Shown here piece after piece: positions 1 through 10,495 of a DNA stretch of 64,000 nucleotides. Position numbers and translations under genes: made by a program. This stretch comes from an uncultured virus (IMG/VR IMGVR_UViG_3300044630_001076) (taxonomy: Duplodnaviria > Heunggongvirae > Uroviricota > Caudoviricetes > Crassvirales). The notes below the pieces were generated by a model that was not told the DNA's origin, did not search any database, and was given only the letters and a program-made list of their open reading frames with translations. Where the stretch lies: IMG/VR virus record IMGVR_UViG_3300044630_001076; one strand, given 5' to 3'. Positions within the stretch are counted from its first letter, which is position 1; each line of letters starts with the position of its first letter.

Positions 1-2
1 AT

Positions 3-1295
3 GAGAAAGAATTCGAGCGTTATGGTAATCGCTCTATTGCATCTTTCTTACGTTTAGTAGGAGCTGAGATGCCGTCTAACTCTGACTTAATTAAGTGGGC
101 AGAGCAAGGACGTTTACACACAAAATATGTTAACGTAACAACTACAGCTGTAGCTGGTGCTGATACTGCAACATGGACTGTGAATGATTCTAACGTAACA
201 GTTAACTTCCGTGTTAACCAAACTGTATTCTTGTCAGCTAACGCTGGTTCTGCTTCTGATAAAGCAATCATTACTGCAGTTGACTCTGCTAATGATACCT
301 TTACTGTAGCTTACTACGCAGGTGGTGGACAAACAATTGCTGCATCTACTGTATCAACTGCTTTCGTTTACGGTTCTGAATACACTAAAGGATCTACTGG
401 AATGGTTGGTTCATTAGAATCAGAAGACATCTTCTTCGAGAACAAGCCTATCATCATCAAGGACAAGTACACAGTATCTGGTTCTGACATGGCTCAAATC
501 GGATGGGTTGAAGTAACTTCTGAAAATGGTGCTACTGGATACTTATGGTACATCAAATCTGAGCACGAGACTCGTTTACGTTTCGAAGACTACTTAGAGA
601 TGTCAATGGTTGAAGGTGTTCCTGCTGAGGCTAGTTCAGGTGCTTTGGCTTACTTAACAGTTGCTGCTTCAAACGTACAACCTGGTGCTGCTGGTACTGA
701 AGGTTTATTTGATGCTGTTGCAACTCGTGGTAACGTATGGGCAGGTGGTAACCCTACTACATTGTCAGACTTCGATTCAATCATCCAACGTCTAGACAAG
801 CAAGGTGCTATCCAAGAGAACGTAATTTTCTTGAATCGTCAATTCTCATTCGATATCGATGATATGTTGGCTTCTCAGAACTCTTACGGTACTAACGGTA
901 CTTCTTACGGTTTGTTTAACAACGATGAGAACATGGCTTTGAACTTAGGTTTCAAAGGCTTCAAGCGTGGTTATGACTTCTACAAGACTGACTGGAAATA
1001 CTTGAACGATGCTACTCTTCGTGGTGGAATCGTAGGTGGAGCTATCAATGGTATCTTGGTACCTGCAGGTTCTACTTCAGTATACGATCAAATCTTAGGT
1101 AAAAACGCTAAACGTCCGTTCTTACACGTTCGTTACCGTGCTTCTGAGACTGAAGATCGTCGCTACAAGACTTGGATCACAGGTTCTGCCGGTGGTGCTC
1201 AAACTAGCGATCTAGATGCAATGGAGGTTAACTTCTTATCTGAGCGTGCTTTATGTACACTTGGTGCGAATAACTTCTTCTTGTTCGAAGCTTAG
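3..1295 (+). CDS. Major capsid protein (5' truncated by window)
   Basis: Frame is open from nt 3 (EKEFERYGNRSIASFLRLVGAEMP...), so the true start lies upstream of the window. Strongly biased codons and a following terminator. Resembles Bacteroidetes podovirus capsid proteins (WAEQGRLH, RFEDYLEM, SERALC..GANNF). Confidence 0.85.
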   Translation, partial: EKEFERYGNRSIASFLRLVGAEMPSNSDLIKWAEQGRLHTKYVNVTTTAVAGADTATWTVNDSNVTVNFRVNQTVFLSANAGSASDKAIITAVDSANDTFTVAYYAGGGQTIAASTVSTAFVYGSEYTKGSTGMVGSLESEDIFFENKPIIIKDKYTVSGSDMAQIGWVEVTSENGATGYLWYIKSEHETRLRFEDYLEMSMVEGVPAEASSGALAYLTVAASNVQPGAAGTEGLFDAVATRGNVWAGGNPTTLSDFDSIIQRLDKQGAIQENVIFLNRQFSFDIDDMLASQNSYGTNGTSYGLFNNDENMALNLGFKGFKRGYDFYKTDWKYLNDATLRGGIVGGAINGILVPAGSTSVYDQILGKNAKRPFLHVRYRASETEDRRYKTWITGSAGGAQTSDLDAMEVNFLSERALCTLGANNFFLFEA

Positions 1296-1304
1296 TAAAA
1301 TATT

Positions 1305-1337
1305 GGGGAGGAGCAATCCTCCCCTTATTTCTTTTTT
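1305..1337 (+). terminator. Intrinsic terminator after capsid gene
   Basis: GGGGAGGA-GCAA-TCCTCCCC hairpin followed by TTATTTCTTTTTT. Confidence 0.85.
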
Positions 1338-1358
1338 AAAAATTTAAATTAAAATCAA

Positions 1359-2105
1359 ATGTCAAAATTAGTACTCGAGGACAAAATCTATGTCCTAAAA
1401 AGAAAAACATTTCCAATGTCGTTAATGTTGAATTCGAGAAACACAGCTCGTAAGCCATTATTATATTTCGATGAGGAAACAGGACAAAATCGTCCATTGC
1501 GTTATGCACGTAATCAGAAGTCACCATTTGAAGACGAGCAAGATGGCCACGCTATCTTAGAACCAATTATCTTTGAAGATGGCGTACTTACTGTACCAAA
1601 AAACAATCAAGTATTACAAAAATTCTTAAAATACCACCCAGATAATGGTGTTATATTCCAAGAGTTGGATACTAGAAAAGATGCAACTGAGCAGATTGAT
1701 TGGATGATGGTTCAATTAGAAGCACAAAATGTTGCTATTAATTTAGACATATCTACACGTGAAGCTATTGGCCGTATTGTATTAGGTTCTCGTGTTGATC
1801 GTTTATCAAGCGAAGAATTGAAGCGTGATGTATTAATGTACGCACGTAACAATCCAGACGAGTTCTTGCAAATGACTAATGATCCTGAGTTACGTTTACA
1901 AAACATTGCGGCTAAAGCATTACAAGACAACTTGTTTATGTTAAAGAACAATAAACGTGATATCTACTTTAATTTGCCAGACAATAAAAAGAAACTAATG
2001 GGTGTTCCTTTTGGAGATGACCCAATTAAATTGTTGACTGCTTATCTACAAAGTGACGATGGTATTGAATTATACAAAGTTATTGAGAAGAGATACACCA
2101 AGTAA
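1359..2105 (+). CDS. Conserved hypothetical virion-module protein
   Basis: 248-aa ORF directly after the capsid gene (LRYARNQKSPFEDEQ motif). Confidence 0.7.
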   Translation: MSKLVLEDKIYVLKRKTFPMSLMLNSRNTARKPLLYFDEETGQNRPLRYARNQKSPFEDEQDGHAILEPIIFEDGVLTVPKNNQVLQKFLKYHPDNGVIFQELDTRKDATEQIDWMMVQLEAQNVAINLDISTREAIGRIVLGSRVDRLSSEELKRDVLMYARNNPDEFLQMTNDPELRLQNIAAKALQDNLFMLKNNKRDIYFNLPDNKKKLMGVPFGDDPIKLLTAYLQSDDGIELYKVIEKRYTK

Positions 2106-2111
2106 CAAGAG

Positions 2112-2136
2112 GGAGGACAAAAGTCCTCCTTTTTTT
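2112..2136 (+). terminator. Intrinsic terminator
   Basis: GGAGGAC-AAAA-GTCCTCC followed by T7. Confidence 0.85.
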
Positions 2137-2137
2137 A

Positions 2138-2145
2138 TATCTTTG
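2138..2145 (+). promoter_or_regulatory. Bacteroidetes sigma-ABfr -7 element (TATCTTTG)
   Basis: Matches TAnnTTTG, immediately after the terminator and 5 nt before ATG 2151. Confidence 0.65.
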
Positions 2146-2150
2146 TCATC

Positions 2151-2843
2151 ATGATAAATTCTGTTAGAAATACTGTGATGTCTATTATTAACAAGGATAA
2201 TAATGGATATATAACTCCTGAAGAATTCAACTCGTTTGCCAAGCAAGCTCAGTTGGAAATCTTTAACCAATACTTTGTTGATTTTAGAAATTCAAAACTT
2301 TCTGATTTCAAAGGGTTGGAAACATCTGGATATTCAGATATTACCAAGCAGTTGGATCAAACTATTGACTATTTCTCAAAGAATGTTCCATTAGTTTATA
2401 GTTCAGGTACTCAAACTTTTGCAATGCCAGCAGGTTGGTTTTTGCTTAATGCATTGTATTATAATGACAAAGAAATTGAGCACGTTGATCAAAGAAACGT
2501 ATATAAGTTGTTGCAGTCAAATCTAACAGCACCAAATACTTTATATCCAGCATATGTTATGCAAGGAAACAGTATAACTGTTTATCCATTGACTATAACT
2601 AATAATGTCGAAACGTATTATATACGGTTCCCATACGATCCTAAGTGGACATATACAATGGTGAACGGTAGTCCTTTGTTTAATCAAAGTGCTAACGACT
2701 ATCAAGATTTTGAATTAACAACATCAGACTTTCCAAAATTAGTTGTTAAGATATGTGAGTACGCTGGTACTAGTATTAGAGAACAAGAAGTTGTTGCTAA
2801 TGCTAAATCTGAAGAAGCTTACATGGATCAAATGGCACAATAA
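2151..2843 (+). CDS. Tail ring / head-tail adaptor protein
   Basis: NKDNNGYITPEEFN..AKQAQLEIF motif and position between capsid and tail genes. Confidence 0.6.
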   Translation: MINSVRNTVMSIINKDNNGYITPEEFNSFAKQAQLEIFNQYFVDFRNSKLSDFKGLETSGYSDITKQLDQTIDYFSKNVPLVYSSGTQTFAMPAGWFLLNALYYNDKEIEHVDQRNVYKLLQSNLTAPNTLYPAYVMQGNSITVYPLTITNNVETYYIRFPYDPKWTYTMVNGSPLFNQSANDYQDFELTTSDFPKLVVKICEYAGTSIREQEVVANAKSEEAYMDQMAQ

Positions 2844-3739
2844 TGACTCAAGAAGAATATTACACCAATGATGGGGTAGCACCTACAGACAAAAACTGGG
2901 GCACTTACCAAAATGTCACATTAAAGGAGATTGTTAACAATTTCCAATTAATGTACGTGGATGATGGCGATTTGTTAAATAACATAAATCGCTACAAAAT
3001 CCTATTTCACGCTAAACGTGGATTGCAAGAATTGCAGTATGATGGCAATCGTGTTATCAATGCTTTGCAATTAAGCGTTGGTGATAATTTAAAATTTGTG
3101 TTACCTCCTGACTATGTCAATTGGGTTCGCATTTCTTTATTCTGCGGAGGCATATTGTATCCAATGAGTGAAAATTTGCAAGCTAATTCAGCAACAGAAT
3201 ATTTACAGGATAACACTTATGCTATTACATTTGATGAAAATGGCAATGCGTTAATAGTTACATCTAAATTAGATGCATCAAGATTAATTGGATTGAATCA
3301 ATGCTACTGCGAGTATAACGACCAATGGGGTTGGTATTTGGATGGATTGTGGTATTTTAATTATCCGGGTGGGCAGTACTACGGATTAAATACCGAAGCA
3401 GCCACCGCCAACCCTACGTTTACTATTAATAAAACAGAAGGTGTTATTAATTTTAGTACAGGCGTGCATCGCCAATCAGTTGTATTAGAGTATATCTCTG
3501 ATGGACTATATGGGCTAACAGATGAGCAAATCCCTGTGCCTAAATTAGCCGAAGAGTATTTGTATTCTTACATCAAATGGGCTATCTTAAACACAAAGGC
3601 TAATCAGCCTGAGTACATTATTAATAGAGCTCGTAAAGAAAAAACATCTAATTGGAGAAATACTAAAATCAGATTAAGTAATTTACATCCTGGTCGCTTG
3701 TTAATGAACATGAGAGGCCAATCTAAGTGGATAAAATAA
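2843..3739 (+). CDS. Second tail ring / structural protein
   Basis: ILFHAKRGLQEL, LPPDYVNWVRIS and LEYISDG motifs; translationally coupled to the upstream gene. Confidence 0.6.
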   Translation: MTQEEYYTNDGVAPTDKNWGTYQNVTLKEIVNNFQLMYVDDGDLLNNINRYKILFHAKRGLQELQYDGNRVINALQLSVGDNLKFVLPPDYVNWVRISLFCGGILYPMSENLQANSATEYLQDNTYAITFDENGNALIVTSKLDASRLIGLNQCYCEYNDQWGWYLDGLWYFNYPGGQYYGLNTEAATANPTFTINKTEGVINFSTGVHRQSVVLEYISDGLYGLTDEQIPVPKLAEEYLYSYIKWAILNTKANQPEYIINRARKEKTSNWRNTKIRLSNLHPGRLLMNMRGQSKWIK

Positions 3740-3740
3740 A

Positions 3741-6700
3741 ATGGCAGAATTACAAAGAAATTTCCTACAGGGGATAATGAACAAGGATTTAGATCCTCAT
3801 TTTCTCCCTGATGGTCAATATCGTGATGGATTAAATATTATTGTTGGAGACTCAGATGGACAATTTATTTCTACTGAAGGATCTAACAATGGTTCTGTGC
3901 AAAATTACTTAGGTAATAGATTAATGAATAGTTCTTTGGGATTGACAAACGCCAAATGTATTGGTGCTTTATCATACTCAGAATCAAATTTAATTTATTG
4001 GCTTGTAGCTGCAGATAATGCAGATGCAATATTTGAATACAATGAGACGTTGGATTTAACTACGACTGTACTAAGGGCGGCAAAAACTACACCAACTACG
4101 CCATCGTTACTTAATTTCAATAAGTCATTTTATGTAACAGGGATAAACTATATCAATGGTTTATTATTTTGGACTGATAACTATAATCCTCCAAGAAAGA
4201 TAAACATTGAAAGATGTAAGAACTTTGCTATTAACAACTTTGCTACGGTAACCGCAGCTGATATTAATGTTATTGTTCAGCCTCCTCTTTCATCTCCTAC
4301 TATATCATTCCCATCTGTAGTTGATCCTAATCCAAATAACTTAGAAAATAAGTTTTTATATTTCTCATATAGATATAAATATATTGATGATGAATATAGT
4401 TCATTATCTCCATTTTCTCCTGTGGCTTTTTTACCAAAGCCTTTTGCTTATGACTATGGTGTATCTGAGAACGTATCTATGGTTAACAGTAAGAATGCTG
4501 TAGATATTAAATATAATACTGGTGGTCCAAATGTTAAAGAAGTTCAATTAATATTTATTGATACATTAAGTACTAACGCATATATAATTGATAATATTAA
4601 TAAGCGTGCGAATGGGTTTGGTAATAATCAAGACAAGACTTTTAGATTTCAAAATAATAAAGTATATACAGTACTTCCTTCGGATCAAATCAATAGACTA
4701 TTTGACAATGTCCCATTAAAGGCAAAGTCGCAAGACTTAATTGGTAGCAGGTTGGTTTACGGTAACTATACTCAATTCTTTAATTTGACTGACTATTCAG
4801 GATTACCAATTAATCCTAAATTTTCATTAACATTAATTGGAAATAAGATTACTGACAATCTACCTCATGCTACATTTAAAAGTAATCGTGACTATGAAGT
4901 AGGGATTGTTTATTTAGATGACTATGGCCGCTCAACTACTGTAATTGTTCCTACGGTAAATACTAATACTATTTTTATACCAGCTGATAGGGCAAACTAT
5001 GAAAATAATATTCAAATAACTATAGATAAAAGCTTTGCTCCACCTGCATTTGCTACTTATTATAGATTTGTACTAAAACAAAATAAGCAAGATTATTATA
5101 ATGTTTTTCCATTAACATATTTTAGTGATGGTCAATTTAAGTGGTTTTTAATTAACCAATCTGACGTAGATAAAATATCAGTTGGATCATATTTATATTT
5201 AAAAAACTCAACAAACGCAAATTTAAATACTCAATTTAAAGTATTAGATATCGTATCTAAATCTGCAAACTTTTTAAATAATAATAACCAACAACCTGCT
5301 GGTGTTTACTTTAAAGTTAAAATTGGAAGTAATTTACTTCCTGATGTGTATCAATATAGCTTCACAAATATAAACACAGGAGATGTTGAAGCAATTGCTA
5401 ATTATTTCCCTGTAGCTGAAAACCCCATCTTTTATGGTAATGGTAATGATGATTTAAGAACATCAAATAGTAATAGTATTATTACATCAACACTTGGAGG
5501 TGATGTTAGATTTACAATTCAGATAGATTCAGTTAGTAGCTCTGGAGATACTTATAAAGTATATGCTTTTTACAATAATTTAAATATTTTAATTTCCGAA
5601 AATAATCCAATAACAGCTGGTAGTGATATAACACTTAGTGTTCAATATTTTAATACGGCTCCTACTTTATACCCAATATGCAGAATAAAATTTCTTGCAG
5701 CTACTGGTCATAACTTAGGAGACTATTGGGCCGTAACTTGCAGGAATGGTCAAAGAAATATTTTTGGTGGTCCTAACTGGTCTATTGATGCACCTTATGG
5801 TTATGCTACTGGAAGTAAATGGAATCCAACAACTAGTTTTTTAGGAGACAGAGAAATTAAAGCTGGTGCTTTATTGACTTTTAAAATGAAAGAACCTAAT
5901 AATGGAAATACACAATCTGTGCAATCATTTGTGTGTACAAGAAATTATAGGAACATAGAAGAATGGTTTTTTGAAGATTCTGCATACTCTAAATGGATTC
6001 AATATAGCGGAGTCAGTAGTATTGGCCCTAGAAATGTGTGCTTTAGAAGACTTGTAGACTTTGTAGTTACTAGTGGTAATTGGCAAGGAGAATGCGGTGG
6101 AAGTATTTCTAGTACTACATTAAATTCATGTATGTTCATGTATATATATGGGGTTGATCTTGGAACTGATCCTATAATGGAAGTTATTTTTGATTTTCAG
6201 CAAACTCTTTCTCCTGTATTATTTGAAACGGTACCTACTGATACTAATCAAGATATCTATTATGAGTTAACTAATACATATCCAATTATAAATAATAGCC
6301 ATCAGACAAATGGTACTAATCAAATATTACCAAATCCCGGGGCAGTCCCTCCAGTTGCAGGTCAAAATGGAATTGCTTTTTTAAATAAGCAAGACAGCGT
6401 AGCTTACCCTAACTATGACTTTAATGCATTTGCGTGGAGCAATGGTGTTGAAAGTTTTAGAATTAGAGATGACTTTAATTCGGCTAGAATGGACTTTAGC
6501 CCAAGGGCTAATTCAACTATTGAAGGTTACGCAGAGCAAACACTTGTTCAGGCTTTGACATATAGTGGAGTGTACCAACAGACTACAGCCATTAACAGAC
6601 TGAATGAGTTTAATTTATCACTTGGTAACTTTAAATATTTAGATAGATTCTTTGGTAATATTCAAAAACTTTATGCACGTGATACAGATTTAGTTGTATT

Positions 6701-8702
6701 CCAAGAAAATAAAGTATCTAAGGTTCTTTACGGCAAAAACTTATTAAGTGACTCTGCAGGCGGTGGCACGATTGCTTCTATCCCAGAAGTACTTGGAACT
6801 CAACTAGCATACGTTGGCGAATATGGTATTAGTGACAATCCTGAAAGCTTTGCTATTTGGGGTAATAACTTATACTTCGCAGATGCTAGACGTGGAGCAG
6901 TTTTACAATTAGCTGAGAACGGATTATTTGAAATATCATCTAATGGTATGAAGAACTGGTTTAAAGCTAACCTTGATCCTTCTACCCAAAAACTTGGTAT
7001 GTTTGATCCGTATTTTGAGCATTATGTATTGGTTAATAATACAAATGATGTAAATTATTGTTTATTTGAGGTATCAGATGATGCTGTAAGTTTTTCTAGT
7101 GCAGCTATAACAAATCAGTTTGCATTTGGTATTGAATCTAATAATGAATGGTATATAACTATGCCTACTAACAATTGGCTTACTTTAGATACATTATACG
7201 GAAACACTAGTAAACTTATTAATTTTAGTGCTACAGCTAATACAGGTGCAACAAGAAGCGTTGTTATTACTGTTAAAGGATGCTCAGGAAATTCGCATAA
7301 TGTTACATTTACGCAAGCTACTAGTGTTCCTACAACAACAATTGCACCAACGACAACAATTCCTCCAACGACAACTACAATTGGGCCTACTACTACCTTG
7401 CAACAAGTATGGTATAGAACTACAGCTTGTGTTGATGGATCAACAGTATTTACAACGCAAAGAAACATTGGAACTTTTGCGGTTAATGATAGATTGACAT
7501 TTGGTGGAGCATTCTTTGTGGTTCAAGAGGAATTAACTACTCTTCCTGGTGGGCCATTAATTGCAATGACAGGAACAGGATTAACAGGATGTCCTGCGAC
7601 TACTACTACTGTTGCTCCTACTACCACATTGGCTCCGGTAACATTTACATATACTACGTCATGTGCAGGTGGAGCTGGAACAGGGGTTATTACAATTACA
7701 AGCATTACAGGAGGAACAGGGACAGGCTATCAGTACAGCATCCAGCCTACTCCAGGTATTTGGTATGATTATCCTGCGACAAATCAATTAACAGGATTGG
7801 CAAATAACACATATAATGTGGCAGTTAGAGATAGTTTAGGTAACGGATCAAGCATTACAGGAATAGTGATAAATTGTGGTGCTCCTACTACAACTATTGC
7901 ACCGACAACTACATTGCAACCTGTATGGTATAGAACTACATCTTGCTTAGATGGATCAACAGTCTTTACAACACAGAGAACAATTGGTTCTTTTGCAATT
8001 AATGACAGATTAACATTTGGCGGTGTGTTCTTTGTAGTTCAAGAGGAGTTGTATACTCTTCCTGGTGGTAGCCTAGTTGCTATGGTTGGTACAGGTTTTG
8101 TTGGATGTCCTGCGACTACAACACTACCAACTACACCAGCTCCAACAACTACGTTATCTCCTGTTAGCTTCACATATGCAACATCGTGTGCAGGTGGAGA
8201 AGGAACAGGTGTAATTACCATTACAGGTATATCAGGTGGTACAGGAACAGGTTATCAGTTTAGTATACAACCAACACCGGGTATTTGGTATGACTACCCT
8301 GCTAGTAATCAGTTGACAGGATTAGGCAATGGTACATATACAGTAGCAGTTAGAGATAGTTTAGGAAACGGAACAAGTACACCGGGTATATCAATCTCGT
8401 GTATAACTCCAACTACTACAATTGCTCCAACTACCACAGTTGCACCGACTACTACTACAATTGCTCCAACTACTACAGTAACACCAACAACTACGGTGCC
8501 TCCTGTAACTTGTAGCTTATATCAATTTACAGATGATGTAGGAAATGGTGGATTTGCTTATTACGTTCCATGCGGACAATCAATTGAAACAGAAGTGTTT
8601 ATTAACCCATTTGCATCTCAACAGTTTTGCGTAGCGAATGGTACTTTCCCATTCTCGCCTGATGGAATAGTAATAAATGGACCATTAGGAGCTTGTACAT
8701 AA
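3741..8702 (+). CDS. Tail stabilisation (muzzle, P22 gp10-like) protein, N-terminal part, extended with BACON-like, SprB-like and Thr-rich repeats
   Basis: MNKDLD..LPDGQYRD.LN start, LFWTDNYNPPRKINI and EYGISDNPESFA motifs. C-terminus carries PTTT repeats and duplicated modules. Confidence 0.75.
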   Translation: MAELQRNFLQGIMNKDLDPHFLPDGQYRDGLNIIVGDSDGQFISTEGSNNGSVQNYLGNRLMNSSLGLTNAKCIGALSYSESNLIYWLVAADNADAIFEYNETLDLTTTVLRAAKTTPTTPSLLNFNKSFYVTGINYINGLLFWTDNYNPPRKINIERCKNFAINNFATVTAADINVIVQPPLSSPTISFPSVVDPNPNNLENKFLYFSYRYKYIDDEYSSLSPFSPVAFLPKPFAYDYGVSENVSMVNSKNAVDIKYNTGGPNVKEVQLIFIDTLSTNAYIIDNINKRANGFGNNQDKTFRFQNNKVYTVLPSDQINRLFDNVPLKAKSQDLIGSRLVYGNYTQFFNLTDYSGLPINPKFSLTLIGNKITDNLPHATFKSNRDYEVGIVYLDDYGRSTTVIVPTVNTNTIFIPADRANYENNIQITIDKSFAPPAFATYYRFVLKQNKQDYYNVFPLTYFSDGQFKWFLINQSDVDKISVGSYLYLKNSTNANLNTQFKVLDIVSKSANFLNNNNQQPAGVYFKVKIGSNLLPDVYQYSFTNINTGDVEAIANYFPVAENPIFYGNGNDDLRTSNSNSIITSTLGGDVRFTIQIDSVSSSGDTYKVYAFYNNLNILISENNPITAGSDITLSVQYFNTAPTLYPICRIKFLAATGHNLGDYWAVTCRNGQRNIFGGPNWSIDAPYGYATGSKWNPTTSFLGDREIKAGALLTFKMKEPNNGNTQSVQSFVCTRNYRNIEEWFFEDSAYSKWIQYSGVSSIGPRNVCFRRLVDFVVTSGNWQGECGGSISSTTLNSCMFMYIYGVDLGTDPIMEVIFDFQQTLSPVLFETVPTDTNQDIYYELTNTYPIINNSHQTNGTNQILPNPGAVPPVAGQNGIAFLNKQDSVAYPNYDFNAFAWSNGVESFRIRDDFNSARMDFSPRANSTIEGYAEQTLVQALTYSGVYQQTTAINRLNEFNLSLGNFKYLDRFFGNIQKLYARDTDLVVFQENKVSKVLYGKNLLSDSAGGGTIASIPEVLGTQLAYVGEYGISDNPESFAIWGNNLYFADARRGAVLQLAENGLFEISSNGMKNWFKANLDPSTQKLGMFDPYFEHYVLVNNTNDVNYCLFEVSDDAVSFSSAAITNQFAFGIESNNEWYITMPTNNWLTLDTLYGNTSKLINFSATANTGATRSVVITVKGCSGNSHNVTFTQATSVPTTTIAPTTTIPPTTTTIGPTTTLQQVWYRTTACVDGSTVFTTQRNIGTFAVNDRLTFGGAFFVVQEELTTLPGGPLIAMTGTGLTGCPATTTTVAPTTTLAPVTFTYTTSCAGGAGTGVITITSITGGTGTGYQYSIQPTPGIWYDYPATNQLTGLANNTYNVAVRDSLGNGSSITGIVINCGAPTTTIAPTTTLQPVWYRTTSCLDGSTVFTTQRTIGSFAINDRLTFGGVFFVVQEELYTLPGGSLVAMVGTGFVGCPATTTLPTTPAPTTTLSPVSFTYATSCAGGEGTGVITITGISGGTGTGYQFSIQPTPGIWYDYPASNQLTGLGNGTYTVAVRDSLGNGTSTPGISISCITPTTTIAPTTTVAPTTTTIAPTTTVTPTTTVPPVTCSLYQFTDDVGNGGFAYYVPCGQSIETEVFINPFASQQFCVANGTFPFSPDGIVINGPLGACT
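7407..8400 (+). repeat. Two tandem copies of a ~172-175 aa module separated by Thr/Pro linkers
   Basis: GTATGGTATAGAAC at 7407 and 7923 (516 nt apart); GTTAGAGATAGTTTAGG at 7824 and 8349. Confidence 0.9.
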
Positions 8703-8716
8703 AATGAAATATAATA

Positions 8717-10471
8717 ATGAGAAAATTGAAGTTTGTTTGTGCTCAACCTGCCACCACTTTTTACATATGGCAGGTTGAGACAGTAATTAATAATTTCCTA
8801 AAAAATGGAATACACGGTAGTAACATAGATATATTACTTGCCATTACCGATGATATAATTCCAGAAGATTGGGATACACTAAGGAATCACTATAGTAATG
8901 TGAATTTCTTTTTCTACAATGATACCAGGGAGGATAAATCATATCTACCTGGTATTTATTTTTACCTGCTTAAAAAGTATGTTGAGTCAAATGATTTGAC
9001 AAATACTGCACTATTCTTGCATGATAGCGACATCGTGTTTACAAAAAGAGTAGAGTTCTCTAGTATGGTTAATGATGACATTTGGTATATGAGCGATACA
9101 AACAGCTACATAAACTATGATTACATCCAACAAAAAGGTAACCATGTGTATGAGGATATGTGCGACATTATAGGTATAGATAAGTTGATACCTAAACTAA
9201 TGAACTCTAACTCAGGTGGTGCTCAGTATATTGTAAAAAACACAACTGCTAAGTTTTGGGATAAGGTAGAGAAAGACTCTCTAAAGTTATACAACCATTT
9301 CTGTGCTACCGAGCATTTGCATATACAAAAAAATGACCACGACTACCCAATACAAAAATGGACAGCAGGTATGTGGGCTATACTTTGGAATGCATGGTTA
9401 CATGGACACGAAACAAAGGTAGACAGCAGGTTAGATTTTGGATGGAGCACTAACCACATAAGTGATGTAGATAAGTATTGTATTCTGCACAACTCAGGTG
9501 TACTAAGTAATAATGATGGATTGTTTTTCAAGACAGATTACTTGGCTAAGTTGCCATACAAAGAAGATTTAAAAATAAACCAAGATAAGGCATCCTATTA
9601 TTATTGGTTACAAGTGCAAGAGGCTGGATTAAATTCTCCTATGATAAAGAGTAAATCAGGAGACAAAGTGTCTTTTATATGTACGACCTACGGAAGGTTT
9701 AATTGCGTAAGAAGGATTGTTGCACAGTACCACGCACAAACACATAAGAACAAGGAGCTGATTATATTTAATACAGATGTCGATCATCCTTACACTTTAG
9801 GCATAGACGATCCAACAATAGTTGTGGTGAATAATAACATAGACTTTGTTACAAATCAGCCATACACAAACAGAGGTGACATATGCAGAGATGCAATTGT
9901 TTATGCTACAGGTGACTATTTTATGCTTGCAGATGACGATGATATATATCTGCCTTGGCATATGGAGCAAGCTGTAGATGGGATAACGCGAAACAATAAA
10001 GATGCTTGGAAGCCGGAGAAAAGTTTCTATGCAAACATTAATCATCTTGAGATATCTAAGAATGTAATGGAGGCATCTGTTATTGTTAAGATGGACAGGA
10101 TCCGGGAAATTGGATTTAGAAATGACATAACAGGATACGAAGGATTATCTTGGTATATGAAGTTGGCAGCAGAAGGTCAGTTGAATGAGCAGGATACATA
10201 CTATGTTCCTTCATATTGTTTTAATTGGTCTGATCCACAAGAGATTGGTGGGCATAAGCAAAGTGGGCACATTGACGATGTTAACAACTTCGATAACCAT
10301 AAGTTAAATTGTACAGATTATGCTACAGATTTATTAACTCCCATAAACAATAGTGAGCTTGAGCATGAATATTCAAAGTATTACGACTTCTTTATAAACA
10401 ATAAAAATATTTTTAATAATCATTTATTCGAAAAATATATTTCAATGCATTTATTAAAAGATAATCTGTAA
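8717..10471 (+). CDS. Two-domain glycosyltransferase (N: GT-A fold, HPAT/GT95-like; C: GT2)
   Basis: N-domain has CAQPA..YIWQVE, LHDSDIVF (DxD), GGAQY and WTAGMWA. C-domain has VSFICTTYGR, ELIIFN and ADDDDIYLP. Confidence 0.75.
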   Translation: MRKLKFVCAQPATTFYIWQVETVINNFLKNGIHGSNIDILLAITDDIIPEDWDTLRNHYSNVNFFFYNDTREDKSYLPGIYFYLLKKYVESNDLTNTALFLHDSDIVFTKRVEFSSMVNDDIWYMSDTNSYINYDYIQQKGNHVYEDMCDIIGIDKLIPKLMNSNSGGAQYIVKNTTAKFWDKVEKDSLKLYNHFCATEHLHIQKNDHDYPIQKWTAGMWAILWNAWLHGHETKVDSRLDFGWSTNHISDVDKYCILHNSGVLSNNDGLFFKTDYLAKLPYKEDLKINQDKASYYYWLQVQEAGLNSPMIKSKSGDKVSFICTTYGRFNCVRRIVAQYHAQTHKNKELIIFNTDVDHPYTLGIDDPTIVVVNNNIDFVTNQPYTNRGDICRDAIVYATGDYFMLADDDDIYLPWHMEQAVDGITRNNKDAWKPEKSFYANINHLEISKNVMEASVIVKMDRIREIGFRNDITGYEGLSWYMKLAAEGQLNEQDTYYVPSYCFNWSDPQEIGGHKQSGHIDDVNNFDNHKLNCTDYATDLLTPINNSELEHEYSKYYDFFINNKNIFNNHLFEKYISMHLLKDNL

Positions 10472-10476
10472 ATTTG
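10469..10476 (+). promoter_or_regulatory. Bacteroidetes -7 element (TAAATTTG)
   Basis: TAnnTTTG overlapping the glycosyltransferase stop codon, 19 nt before ATG 10496. Confidence 0.55.
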
Positions 10477-10495
10477 CAAACATATATTTGTTATT

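Noticed and set aside
7115..8221. Val-rich antisense ORFs in the tail gene
   Set aside because: Reverse complement of Thr/Pro codon runs.
7407..8400. Duplicated tail module as a diversity-generating retroelement TR/VR pair
   Set aside because: Both copies are in-frame coding, differences are not adenine-specific, and no reverse transcriptase is present.
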